A model generated the notes under the pieces. The model was not told the DNA's origin. It saw only the letters and a list, made by a program, of their open reading frames with translations, and ran no database searches. The position numbers and the translations under genes were made by a program. This document shows positions 46,730 through 58,877 of a stretch of DNA of 64,000 nucleotides, piece after piece. Source of the DNA: Naegleria gruberi (taxonomy: Eukaryota); the NCBI GenBank assembly GCA_000004985.1, contig GG738909.1, one strand, 5' to 3'. Positions within the stretch are counted from its first letter, which is position 1, and each line of letters opens with the position of its first letter.

Positions 46730-47985
46730 GATGTTTTTCTAGAACTATTACCCATGATGTGTCAAAAACAATGACTATTTGGTGTTGAAATAATGACACA
46801 GAGGGTGTGTTTCTAATTTTTTGTTTGGTGTGCTGATGGATAATCTAGAACGAATCATGAGGTGGCAAAAGTGAATGAACCCATTTTGGAGGAATAAAGG
46901 TCCGCAAAATATCTTCTTTACATGGAAGAATCCTTTGATTACCAAGCCATGATAATTTGCTTATAATCTTGCTAGCCTACTACAACAATTTTTTAATTCC
47001 GAACAATAATAAGGCTGTGATTCAAATATTGAGGAAGCCACTCTGGAAGTGACCGTTAAGAAGTTTTCTATTTGGCGCTATTTTTTTAAAAAATATTTAA
47101 AATAAAAAAGTGATACAATGTTTCACCATCACAACAACAGAACAAGGTTGACTCTTCGTATCCTTGTTTTGACCAACGTTTAAAAATGTCTACACAACAG
47201 GGTCAGTTTGTCTATGCGTGTGTCTATCGTAAATTGATCAAACACAAAGGAACAGCAGCAAATATTAGTAATGTTAATCATCACGAGGAAGAAATAATAA
47301 TTTTGGAAGATGAACAGAACAAACCAGAGTATTCCATTGAACCGTAATGCCAGTGCTAATGCTCAGTCAGAATTCAAATCAATTTCTAATGAACCAATAC
47401 TAGAAGAAGAGAGAGTGAAGAATAATGGAATAGTAAGCAAAATCTTGACGTATTTTAATACAGAATATGTTGATCCACTAATCAAGCTTCAACAAGAGAT
47501 AGAAAGGGCAAGAGCTAACTGTCCAGATCGTGTGCTTATGTACAACCGTATAATTGGTACCGATAACAGATATGGTGACTGATTATTGTCCATATTCAGT
47601 TTCATACAAAACATCAGAGGACATTTCAGTGACAGAACAATTGACAAATGTGGATGATTAGTTGTTAATTGAGTATTTTATTGGCCTATAATGACATCAC
47701 CATAATAAGAGTAAGACCGCATGCAAGAATATTCTTCCTACAAAATACCACTATTTAATTAGAAAAACTACGAATAAGGTTGTGATGCTCCATAACGTTT
47801 TCCATAAGTTCATAAGTATTTTGTACCTGACTTCCTGAAAAGAAATATAATTTCATTTTACTACATCCTTATTAGTTTTATATGATTCCCGCCATACAAA
47901 TCTCATTGGTTATGATTTTGTTATTGAGCAAGGTATTTGATTATTTCATCAACTCAGCCAGTTCAATTTTAAAAAAACCAGAATA

Positions 47986-50900
47986 ATGACATCTCTCAAT
48001 GTTAATGTGTTTGACGATAGAGGTTCAAACAGTTCTCAAAGTAATTCGAGGGTGCTGCTCTCTCCACCTCAGGGAGCCAACAATTACTTACTAATTCCAA
48101 CCAGTAACTATGCAGGATCATCAGTATGTTCCTCTGACAGACATTCCAAAACTGACATTTCAGGTTCTGAAGTTAATGCGGTAACAAAACTGAAGAACTC
48201 GACTTTGGAGTTTGTACTCTTCATACAAGACAACCAAGTGAAGGAGGGAATCTATGGTTATGTGATAACCTTGTTGATTCACTTGTACATGTTTTGGATT
48301 GGAATTTTTCTACCAAATCTTGGACCAGAAATGATGTACGGAGATTGGGGAACATGGATTTTCTCAGTACTCAACTATGCTATTACTCTCTCATTTGAAA
48401 GGATCCCTTATAAGGGAGGTATTGTATTGGCTTTTATTGGAGTAGGTATTGTATTGGTATTTGTAATTCTATTGATCTGGACAATCTTTGCCTACAAGAC
48501 AACCTCCCAACATTTAAAGAACTCGAGAAGAGCTATTGCCATCTTTTCCAAAGTATTTCCATTCATATCAGTACCTCTCTTGTACTTGATGACATTCTCT
48601 CTTGATTGTAATTATACAGTAAGCTCATCAAATCTGAATAGATTTGAATTCTATTCCCATGAGGTGATCCAATGCCACGATACTAGCAATATTATATTTG
48701 TGGTGGTAATGATCTTGGCCATCCTGTTATTGATTATACTCAATGTATTCTCCATGCTCATTGTACCAAACTGCCATCCTCAAAATATAGCTCCATTTGT
48801 GACCGATAATCCAGTTTTCATGAGCTTGTTAGTTGCCTTCAATCTGTGGCAACTCTTTTTACACTTTATCATTCCAACACAATACTCTTTTATGAGAGCT
48901 ATTGTTCATAGTGTTGGATCTATTATTTTAATTATAATTTTTGCCAAGCTGATTCCATTCATTAGAAGAATTGAGAATAGTATTGTATTTGGTTGCCTGT
49001 TGGCTAGATTAGCTTCGAGTATTGGAGCTATTGTAACTTCTATTGTAAATAACCCATCCCTATCAAAGATACTGCCATCGGTGGATAATACACTTGGTGT
49101 TGGACTTGCAGGTCTAACTATTGGTTTGATTATTATTGGTTTTGTGCTTGGTTTCTCCCTTATGGAATTGTATACGAGATTTATTGTGAGATCTATTAGA
49201 AACTTTGTTCTGGAATGTATTCAATCAGATAATGATGAAACAAATCTAGATTCCAAAGAAACTGAAAAATACATTGAGAAAGAAGCACAAATTATTTATC
49301 AACAGTTGGTTGAGTCAAGAAAATTAAGGCACCTTAGAATATTCTTTAAATTTTCTATGAAATTCAAAGAAAAATATCCAACGGAAAAATCAGAAACGCC
49401 CACACAGCACAATCTACTCGATATTTATATTTGTATTGCTCTGATTAAGGGGTTCTCTTCCAATAACCAATTAGATAATGAGATTATCCTTCTCTCTAGT
49501 ATGATTATTGCAAATTATTTGCCAAACGAGGTCAATTCTACAACATTTGCTCAAGGACTTTTGAAGAAAGCTTTTAAAAGAAGACCATCCACTTACTATA
49601 ATTTATTAATTAGTCTAGCTCAAAAACAAGTAGAAGCAACGGTCTATCAAACCAATCCAGAGAGCAGAAACAATGTTGAAATGGCCAAGCTTATTGGTCA
49701 CTTAGAAAGAAGACAGGATGAATTACGAGCACTTCACAGAGCTTTCTGGAAGGAAATCATGCAAGAAAATATCAATCATGAAAAATGTGAATCTATTATT
49801 GTAAGGATTGGGATATTGTCTCATGAATGTGAAACTAAATTCAAGAATTTAATGCACATTTACAAAAACGACAAGACAGTTCTTCGATGTGTTGCTAAAT
49901 ATGTAGAATCTTTTAAATTCAATAAGGAAGCTGCTCAGGAATTATATTCTGAAGCAACAACAATTGAAGAAGAGGATTCCAAACGAATGAATGCCTCCTC
50001 TAAAAGAAGAATTAAAAAGAACCAAAAGAACAGAGTGCATCCTCAACAAATCAGTCACGCTTTTGAGACGTTATCTTATGGTGATGCTAATCATCATGAG
50101 GTAGAGTCCACTGTTGTAGGAGATTTGAATAACGATTTTGGTGGTGTTGAGAATAATCCAGAATTGAAGAAGGAGCTTCTGTTCAGGAATGCATTGGCCA
50201 TCTCACATAAGAATCATTCACATCTCACAATGTTTTTCATTTTCATTGTGCTATCCTTGCTAATTTTGGTTTCAACATTAGTAATGAGCTTGATGTTTTC
50301 GAATTATGTTACTGAGAGCGTACTTGTTGTGGATACTGCCTGTACACCGATTGCATCTGCTATTCGAATTGTTAGTGGAACAAGAAGTTATCAGAGCTCT
50401 CTATTGTTGTACAGTTCCAATTCATCAGCTTGGCCTTCATTATTGGCAGAATATGGCTACTCGAGCCTTTCTGAATTCAAGAAAGCTCACAAGAAAGAGC
50501 TAAGGGATAATATTGATTACTTAATTCTATTGAAAGAGCTAGCACAAACAGCCAAGTTTACCACTGATATGTACTCTGAATTTCATGAATACTACTATAG
50601 CTTTAATCAACCAAAGGCAAATACTAATGGTTTGGAAAAGATTTACAACTCTACCACAGCTATCAATATTACCATTGCAGATATTACTAATTTGGCTATA
50701 ACCTATTCAGAGCAGATTTACAAATTTGAAGATGAGGATTATCTACATACTTTCAGCAGTTATCCTTTCATGATACTATTCAACAATAGGAATATTATGA
50801 CAGCAGCTTATTCTTCATTCTGTTACAAATTTGTTGAGGAATCCAAGAGCTATACCAAGACGATTTCCAATACTTTTATTATTTACTACTCTTGCTCAAT

Positions 50901-53257
50901 TGTTGTTTATTTTACTTACACTGCTATTTATTTGTGCTTTGCAAGATTGGATTTGTCTTTTTTGAAAAAGCTTATTGTTTTATTGGAAAAGAATGTGTCA
51001 AAGCATGAAGCAGGAAAAATGTATCACAATTTGGGCAAGCTAGTCCAAGATGACAGCTCTGTAAGACCGGCCAAGAACTCTGCTTTATACCCTAGGAATG
51101 TTGTGGTAGGATTGGGAATTGTGACAGCAATCTGTGTTGCACTCTGTGCTGGTTTGTTCCTAGCTCAAACTCTCAGCAATTCTCAATACAGCTTTGAGTC
51201 CTATGTCACCATGAGGGATGCTTTCAATGCATTAGAAAACTCCCAATATATTGCAGAAGCGATAACTGAGGAATTCATTAATTTAAAAATTGCTGACAAA
51301 ACATTTATTAATGGATTGGTTTCATCTAATACTGAGCGTTCTGAATCTATTCAAGCATCAATTAAGAAATTAAGATTCTATTGGAATATGTGCATGTATG
51401 GGTCTAATTATTACCCAGATGAGACTCTTGTGATTGGTCTTTTCGAAAAGACTGATTTGATGATAAAGGGAGAAGCTAATTGTACATTTGAAAAGATGAT
51501 TTCACATAATTGCAGCATTGGTGTTGATAAATTGATCACAACTTACACGACTAAAGCCACACAACTCACAGAAGATATTGATCTCAAATCAACAACATTT
51601 GAATCATTATTTGATGACTATTTGGTAGTTAGTTTTTTCTCTACCTATGTAAGCAATTCATTACTGTCATTTTCAGATGTATTTGCTATGGCTGCCTCTG
51701 TTCCATCAGACAAGTTGGTGATTCCATTTGCCATTCTTGGATTTTTGACTTTGTTTATATTCTCGATTGGTATTTACATGTCAATGGGAAAGTATTTCAA
51801 TTCAGTCCAACAACTGCGTCTTCTTTTCAATTATCTACCTCTAGACTTGATGGACTCAAACGAAAATATTAAGAATTATATTGTACATCATCATCTTCCT
51901 GACTCATTCTCAAACATTTTTAGAAGAAAGAAAGGTTCTTCATCAGAGGGCGACTCAAAAGTTCGAAGCATTTTGAACGCATCTGTAGATGGAGCAGTGA
52001 TGTGCAGTGGAGAGAAGGTTGATATTGAAATATTCAATCCAGCAGCTCAAAAGATATTTGGATATAATCAAACAGAAACGATTGGCAGATCATTGTATCA
52101 ATTATTTGAAAAGAATGAGCAATCGAAAATTAAAAACCTCATTGATGAAATGTTAGTGAATGCAGCAAGAGGTGATTCGAAAGGAGATTCTATTGAATTG
52201 GAATGTATCAGAAAGAATCAAACAAGCTTCCCATCACGTGTCAATATTTTTGCCACTCTTCACAATTCTCAAAGTGTTGTCACTTGTTTCATTAAGGATA
52301 TTACAACAGAGAAGAAGCATAATTCATTATTGACAGAAGAAAAGAAACATTCTGAAGAATTATTATTGAATATTTTACCAAGTGCAGTGGCAAGTAAATT
52401 GAAATCAGGAGAAACTTATATTGCAGAGAAATTCAATGATGTTTCATGTTTTTTTAGTGACATGGTTGGATTTACAAAATTAAGTACTGGAATTCAAGCA
52501 TCTGAATTGGTTCAAATGTTGAATGAAATTGTAATTGGATTTGATGATTTGACAGACAAATATAATTTGGAAAAGATTAAAACGATTGGAGATTCATATT
52601 TTTGTGTGGGTGGATTACATGGATTAAATGCACAATCAGATCATCCTGAAAGAATTTTGAGATTTTCCATTGATACATTTGATGTTTTACAAAGATTTAA
52701 TTCAAAATCAGGAAAACAACCATCTGAACAAATTAATATTCGTGTTGGTATTAATACTGGAAGTGTTATTGCAGGTGTTATTGGGAGGAAGAAATTTGCC
52801 TATGTATGTTTTTAATTTCAACATTTTAACATTTTATTGTGTAAATTGTACATTTTCAATATTTCATATTAATATATTAATTAAATAGGATTTATGGGGA
52901 GATACAATTAATACAGCTTCAAGAATGGAATCTAATTCAATTCCAGGAAGAATTCAAATTTCCAGATCAACCTATGAAAGAGTTTATGATTTGGGTTTCA
53001 CTTTTGAAGAAAGACATTTAAATGTGAAAGGAAAGGGTGAATGTATTGCTTACATGTTGCATGAGAAACATCACACTCCAGCTCTTGTTCCATCCTTCAC
53101 TGACATGTTGAGAACAAGTTTAAACATTTTACAAAAGAAAAATTCTGCAAATCTTGAAACATTGAATGAACCCAAAACACCAACAAGAAACAATGATAAT
53201 ATTACCTTGACAATCAATCAAGAAGCCTACCTATCTCCAAATAATACTTTGGAGTAA
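47986..53257 (+). CDS. Multi-TM, PAS-domain, class III adenylyl/guanylyl cyclase, copy 2; join(47986..52803, 52889..53257), about 1728 aa.
   Basis: Same architecture as copy 1. Intron GTATGT at 52804, acceptor AG at 52887-52888 (85 nt), splitting FAY|DLWGDTINTASRMES. There is no intron at the position of the copy-1 41-nt intron. Confidence 0.8.
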
Positions 53258-53840
53258 TTTATTTTGAGCTCTGTTATGAACAAAGATGAGTTCTAAATGA
53301 AAGACCTCCAGTGAATAGGCTTGCCAAACGAGGTGCAAGATTAAGCAACAAATCCCAAAATGAGAATTGATTGTGTTTACACTCCGTAATTCACATCAGC
53401 GGTGTTGCTCAGTTTGGAAGAAATTCAAATGGTTCATATTGAGATATTTCACTTTGATAGTTTGATAGGGATGAGTATATTCTGTATTGACTTAATAAAT
53501 TGTAGTTAACCATCAGTTTACTTCACAATAAAGATGTGTAAGTGTATTAATGTCTCTTGTATCAAAAACGACCTGAGAGACCACACTTTTCGGCATTTAA
53601 GGACTCTGTGCAACATTTGAATGATTTGGGTTAAGATTGAGTGCCTAAAGTAGGCAGTTTACTTCACATAATACGCACTTCTAGTTGCTTTCATGTGTTT
53701 CAGAGTAATAAGACGGTGCCATTTTCTGTTGTTCCAACTAAAGAATTTTTCACCACTGTCACATGCAAACCGCCCTCTATGAGAAAACTAATCTTATCAT
53801 ACGTAATTAGTCAACCAATTACTTTCCATCTCATAAAAAA

Positions 53841-54570
53841 ATGGTTAAAGGTTTACTTTTGACTCTTTTAGCAGTCCTTGTTGTCATTGTTGCTGTTGTA
53901 CATGCACAACAATCAACATGTGGTTCCTTGTCAAACAATTCTCGTTACATTAACCTTGTCGGTTCTTGGAGAGAAACTTCGAGTGGTAAGATTTGGACCA
54001 GTGTTCAACAGGGAAATCATTTCACTTGGACACAACAAGGTACCAATAGAAAGGCAACTGGTTTTGTTGGTAAGTAAACTATAGTTTCGAATGAACATGT
54101 CATTTGTGTTTGTGAAAATAGTTGCTCCATGTCAAATTTCTACTGCAGTTGCATATATTACATTTGATGGAAGTACTCATTGGAAAGTTAGTATTTCCTC
54201 CGATGGAGAAATTATTCGTGGACCTTCAGAAACTTTTACTAGAGTGAATGCTACTCAACCAGTTGCTCAACCAAGAGGTCAATATAAGGAAAAGTCAGGA
54301 AAGATTTGGACTGTCACTGGCTCTACTTGTCATGCTTTTACTTTGCGTAATCAAGGTAAGTTTCGAATAGTTTCAGATAATTAAAAATTCTTAATTGAAA
54401 CAGATGGAAGAACTGCTGAAGGTTTCTACTCAAATGATGAATCTACTGGATTGACTACTATCTATATTACATTCCATGATCCTACTGGAGATACTATTTT
54501 GAGATCAACTACTCCTAATATGGATATTTGGCAATTATCGAATGGTGATGTTTTCAGAAGAGTTGTTTAA
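53841..54570 (+). CDS. Small secreted protein with an internal duplication; join(53841..54069, 54122..54355, 54404..54570).
   Basis: - Signal peptide MVKGLLLTLLAVLVVIVAVVHAQQ.
- Two GTAAGT..AG introns (52 and 48 nt), both phase 1.
- Repeated ..SGKIWT..Q.. modules.
- Function unknown. Confidence 0.5.
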
Positions 54571-54579
54571 GGAAATAAA

Positions 54580-56351
54580 TTAATTTCCCACCAAAGAATA
54601 GTTCAATATTTTCAATTTTTTAGAAATATTAGAATTGACTATTTGGGAAATATCCAAATTAGAATGAATCACATTCAATTCAGTTAAAGTATTTCCAAGA
54701 TTGTCCACCAATTTGGATAGATCAGAAATATTCAAGTTTTTAACTCCATTCAGTGAAAGGCTTTGCAATTTTGGAGGAAATTTACAATCAGAAATCGCTG
54801 AAAGATTGCTGAAATTACAAAAATCCATTTTGAGAATTTTCAAATTTCTAAATTGTTGATTCTCAAAGAAATATTCAAAGTCCTCTTCTTTGAGAAGGTA
54901 ATTATTGCTCAAATCTAAATATTCCAAACTTTTAAATCTGTCATCCTTAACTAGATGTTGAAAAATATCGCTTGTCAAGAAACATGATTGTAAATCAATA
55001 AATTTCACATATTTGAAGGGAGTTTTCATAAACAGTTCAAGATTGGGTTTCTTGACCCTAATTCCGCCTTCATTCATAATTCCATTAAATTCACGGCAAA
55101 CTAATCTCATGTTCAGAATGTCATCCAAATCAAAGAATTCTGAAACAGAAAGAATTTCGTCTCGTTTCAAAGGTCTTGCTGTCCAGATAATTTCAATTTC
55201 TGGTTTGGAAAGAATTGCATCCATTAAATTGGTGAATCGAGTGGTTGGAATATTGACTTTCCAATTTGGATCAACTTTATCCAACCATTTGTCCACTTCT
55301 GAAGGTGTTGGAATGAAATTCAGATCGATCATATCAAATGCTGGTCTTCCAACAACTTCATTAAACATTCCAACTAGAGATTCTCTATGGAAACAACAAT
55401 CAACAACAAAGTGCTTGGCAATTTTAGATTCTCGATCCAAATTAAGAAACTTTTCAATGATAAAGTCTTTCACCTCATTTGGATCTGAATCATTTCCCTT
55501 AAAATCCTTAAAGAATGATGAAAGCTTGTATCCTCTCCTAATCTTTTCTCTCAACACTTCAAATTTTGTGAAAATTACATAAAGTCTCTTGATTTCCTTT
55601 CTTTCCAAAACACTCTGAAAAAGTCTATACGAATCGTCAAATCTATTCAAATCCGAAAGTTCATAACACAATTCATTGCACTGAGATAGAGAAATTACAA
55701 AGCAATGTTTACATTCTGAGCTCGTAATTAAATCTTCCCATCTACTTCTCTCACATCTCTGTCCGCCAGTATCGAAACATGTAACTCCACAAACAGTTCT
55801 TTCAACTATTCCAACAGTTTTCATATAGATTCTAGCATAATCCTTTGGTATTAATCTCTGTTTCATATACCTTTCTAATACATTTCTTTGATTGAAATAC
55901 GAAACTGTTTCACTAATTTCTGAAATACAATTTCCTTCAATTTCCTTTTCATGAATACATTTCTGAAATCCAGAATCGTGATACATTAAATAGAAATATT
56001 CATGTATTTCATCATCCAATTTCTTATTAGGTATTCTATTCTTTACCAGTGCAGAATCTTGAACTTTATCAAATGCTTGTCCAAATTTAGTAAAATCATT
56101 CCTGGATGGATTTATATCGGATAGGAATAGTTTAAAACACCAGGGAAGATGATTATATTTTGTGGTGTTGCAACGGGAAATTGTAGGGTTGTTCAATCCA
56201 AGCAAGGTATTAAACAATGTTGCTAAAATATAGAATATTCGAATCCTTTAGAATATTGTAATTTAATTTCTTACTTTTTCCTGATCCACCACTTCCCAAG
56301 AAAACCTTTGCAAAATAACTATGATTGTTAAATTGTGATTTTACTTACCAT
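54580..56351 (-). CDS. G-alpha-like GTPase domain fused to an F-box-like motif and leucine-rich repeats; complement(join(54580..56222, 56275..56305, 56349..56351)).
   Basis: - P-loop VFLGSGGSGKTT.
- About 120-aa helical insertion.
- Switch I RIYMKTVGIVER; switch II DTGGQRCERSRW.
- CFVISLSQ matches the G-alpha IIFCVALS block.
- NKxD is replaced by TKFE, and the TCAT region by VVDCCF.
- F-box-like LSVSEFFDLDDILNMRLVCREFNGIM, then LRRs to the C-terminus.
- The first two small exons are inferred from splice motifs (introns 43 and 52 nt); the ATG-only first coding exon is tentative. Confidence 0.55.
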
Positions 56352-56550
56352 CTTGTCGTGTGATGCAAAATCTTCTCCCTCATTATGTGTTCATTTTTTT
56401 TGTGAAGTTTCGTCCAAGTTCTTAGAATGTTCCAAACTGACCAGTGGTGGCTACCGTCAATTATTAACAATAGTTCCATTGTTGACCTGATGTTTACTTT
56501 ACAAAAATTTCACAATAAATTGACTTGAGAAATTCAACAAATATTTATCC

Positions 56551-58877
56551 TTATTCAATTGTAGTCTTCATGGTGCTTTCCATAAATTTCAAGTAGATTT
56601 GAGTTGTAATCTCAGTCAATTCATCAAATATATCTTCAAAAGTTGGTCTCTCTTTTGGATCAATGTGTGTACATTTCATTCCCAATAAATGAATCTTTTG
56701 AGCTTGTTCTTGAGTGAGGAAATTGAACCTCTCCACCAATTGAACTACTGAAATAAAACTTCCAAAAACATCTGCCATATTGGCAGGTCTATATCCAGAA
56801 ATGAGTGTGTGCATTGTGACTCCAAAACTGAAAATATCCAAAGCTCTAAACACAAACACTGTGTCTTGTTGCTTATTTCTCAATTCTGGTGCCATGTAAT
56901 ATAATGTGCCAGCAGTGGTGCAGGAATAGGTTTCAGGTTTGTCCACTGTGAGAGAAACATCAAAATCTGACAATTTGACATTATCAATAATCTCAACTCC
57001 ATCAATTCTCATCTTTTTCACCAAAATATTATTTGGTTTAATGTCATAATGAATCACATTCTTGGAATGTAAATATTTCATTGTATCTGAAACCTTGACA
57101 AGGGAGAATAATATTTGAACAAGTTCAATAATTGTTGGTTCAGTTATTGAAAATGAAGATAATGAATCATCCATCTTTTCCATGAATAAATGTTCGATTC
57201 CATCTTGATTATAGTGATGTAACAATTTTACAACACCATCATGTTCACAAATTCCATTCATAATTTCAATCTCACTCGTTCCAATATTATTAGAAATTTT
57301 CTCTGCAACAGGAACATTATTCATCAACACTGAATATACAGCTCCATTTGCCCCATTTCCAAGATATGTTCTATTGGCTCTGTTAATGACAGCCCCTTCA
57401 ATGACTGTGGCTCTATTTAAAGTGATAGTTGAAAGAGTTTCTCTTTTCTTCAATCTGCAAGATAAAATATATGACATATTATATGAAAAATATTCTCCAA
57501 GAGACTTGAACTCATCCAATTTCCTATTCAGCATTAAATCAGCTTGTGGAGCCAACATATATTTGAGAATGCTATTATTTGTGATGATTTCTGATTGATT
57601 GTCCACAAGTTTTGGCAAAGTGTAAATGTTAATGAAATATCTGAATGGCTCAATCTCCCCTTCTGACAATAATTCAACCAATGATTCTGCTTCAACACCT
57701 GAACTGAGTAATATTCTGACATCATGGTGATTTCTCTAATTGTAGATGCGAGTTTTTATAAGTATTGGAAATTTTTACAAATAACAAACCTTAATTAGGT
57801 GATGAGCAATTAATAATCTCATAATTTTTGTAAAATTATTAGTTTTGGCAATTTCAAATGGTGTTTCTCCCTTTCTTGGTGTGAATATTGATTTTTTAGC
57901 AAACAAACTTACACACTAATAACCATAAATGGTATTCCAAATAATTTACACTCAAAAACTTACTGACTATTCAAAAAGTTAGTTGGTTATCTTTAATAAA
58001 TACATACACACTGTGAAATGGTTGAGAAATGATCGATTACGAAATCAACTTACATTCTTTTAATTGTTAATGCTTCATTGTGGAAATGAAATTAAACTTA
58101 CATGCTTTAAAATAATTAATTTGAAAAGTAATTGAAATACTTACACACTATAAAAACGTCAGTAAACTCCAATAGATCACTATCAACTTACACACTAATC
58201 AAATTATTCCTCTGCAAAACAACTAATAAGCATACTTACTCCCTAAAATCTCTTATTCGAAACTGTATATGCTAAACTTTACTTACTCCCTAAAACCATT
58301 CAAAATCTCAAATCTACAAATCTACTTACTCCATTCTTATAATCAACCAATGGCATACTCTTCAGTAAATATTTCACAACTTTAACTTGTCCATATTTGC
58401 AAGCAATGTACAACAAAGTTCTCGCTGGAGGATAGTTCTTATTCTTCTCTGGAATTAAAACATCAAGAAGTGATGGTAAATCTTTCATTCGACTCAATTC
58501 TTTCACATTTCCTTGTTTCACCCAATAGGCAGCCAATAATGCATTGTACATTTGTGGAAACAATCGAATAGTTGTTAGTGCTGGACTCCATTGGGATGGC
58601 TGCACCAATAGTTGGAAAATAGGATGAGATGGTTGTCGGAAAGGATAATTGGAAGGAAAAGAAAAAGTGAAAACAAATGGCTCCTCCTTTCAAATTCCAA
58701 TAATTCATTCATCATTGATCAATAAATTGATAAATCTATTCGAAATAAACTCACATCAACAATTTTAAAAGTTACTGTCCATTCCGAAAGTTCATTGTCA
58801 TTCTTAGGTTCGACAGTAAAGCCAGGATGTGTCAGTTGTTTAATATCTCGCAATTCTCTCTGTACTCTCTTCAACAT
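56551..58877 (-). CDS. UEV (catalytically inactive E2-like) - ankyrin repeat - protein kinase gene. Exons: 58755..58877, 58330..58686, 57790..57870, 56551..57735. Between the second and third exon lies a 459-nt tract of ten mini-introns.
   Basis: - Exon A: MLKRVQRELRDIKQLTHPGFTVEPKNDNELSEWTVTFKIVD (E2 N-terminus).
- 68-nt intron (GTGAGT..AAAG).
- Exon B: EEPFVFTFSFPSNYPFRQPSHP...SQWSPALTTIRLF. It has the E2 core, including the invariant SQWSPALT, but lacks the HPN...Cys segment. ANK repeats follow.
- ANK exon: GETPFEIAKTNNFTKIMRLLIAHHLIK.
- 54-nt intron.
- Kinase exon: LGNGANGAVYSV, HYDIKPNNILV, DFD, APE. Confidence 0.55.
57871..58329 (-). other. Tandem array of 10 canonical mini-introns (GTAAGT...AG, 40-48 nt) separated by exactly 3 nt, lying in an intron position of the UEV-ANK-kinase gene.
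   Basis: - On the plus strand, ACTTAC (or ACATAC) occurs at 57907, 57958, 58002, 58048, 58096, 58139, 58186, 58234, 58281 and 58324.
- Each is followed by three nucleotides and then CT. Read on the minus strand this is AG-NNN-GTAAGT.
- Donor-to-donor spacing is 43-51 nt. Confidence 0.6.

Noticed and set aside
58590-58612. An apparent E2 HPN motif (HPNG) in an alternative frame that overlaps the SQWSPALT-coding nucleotides.
   Set aside because: The same nucleotides cannot encode both. The HPNG reading ends in a stop 4 codons later. The in-frame protein goes directly from FRQPSHPIFQLLVQP to SQWSPALT, so the HPN-Cys segment is genuinely absent (UEV-like), not hidden in another frame.
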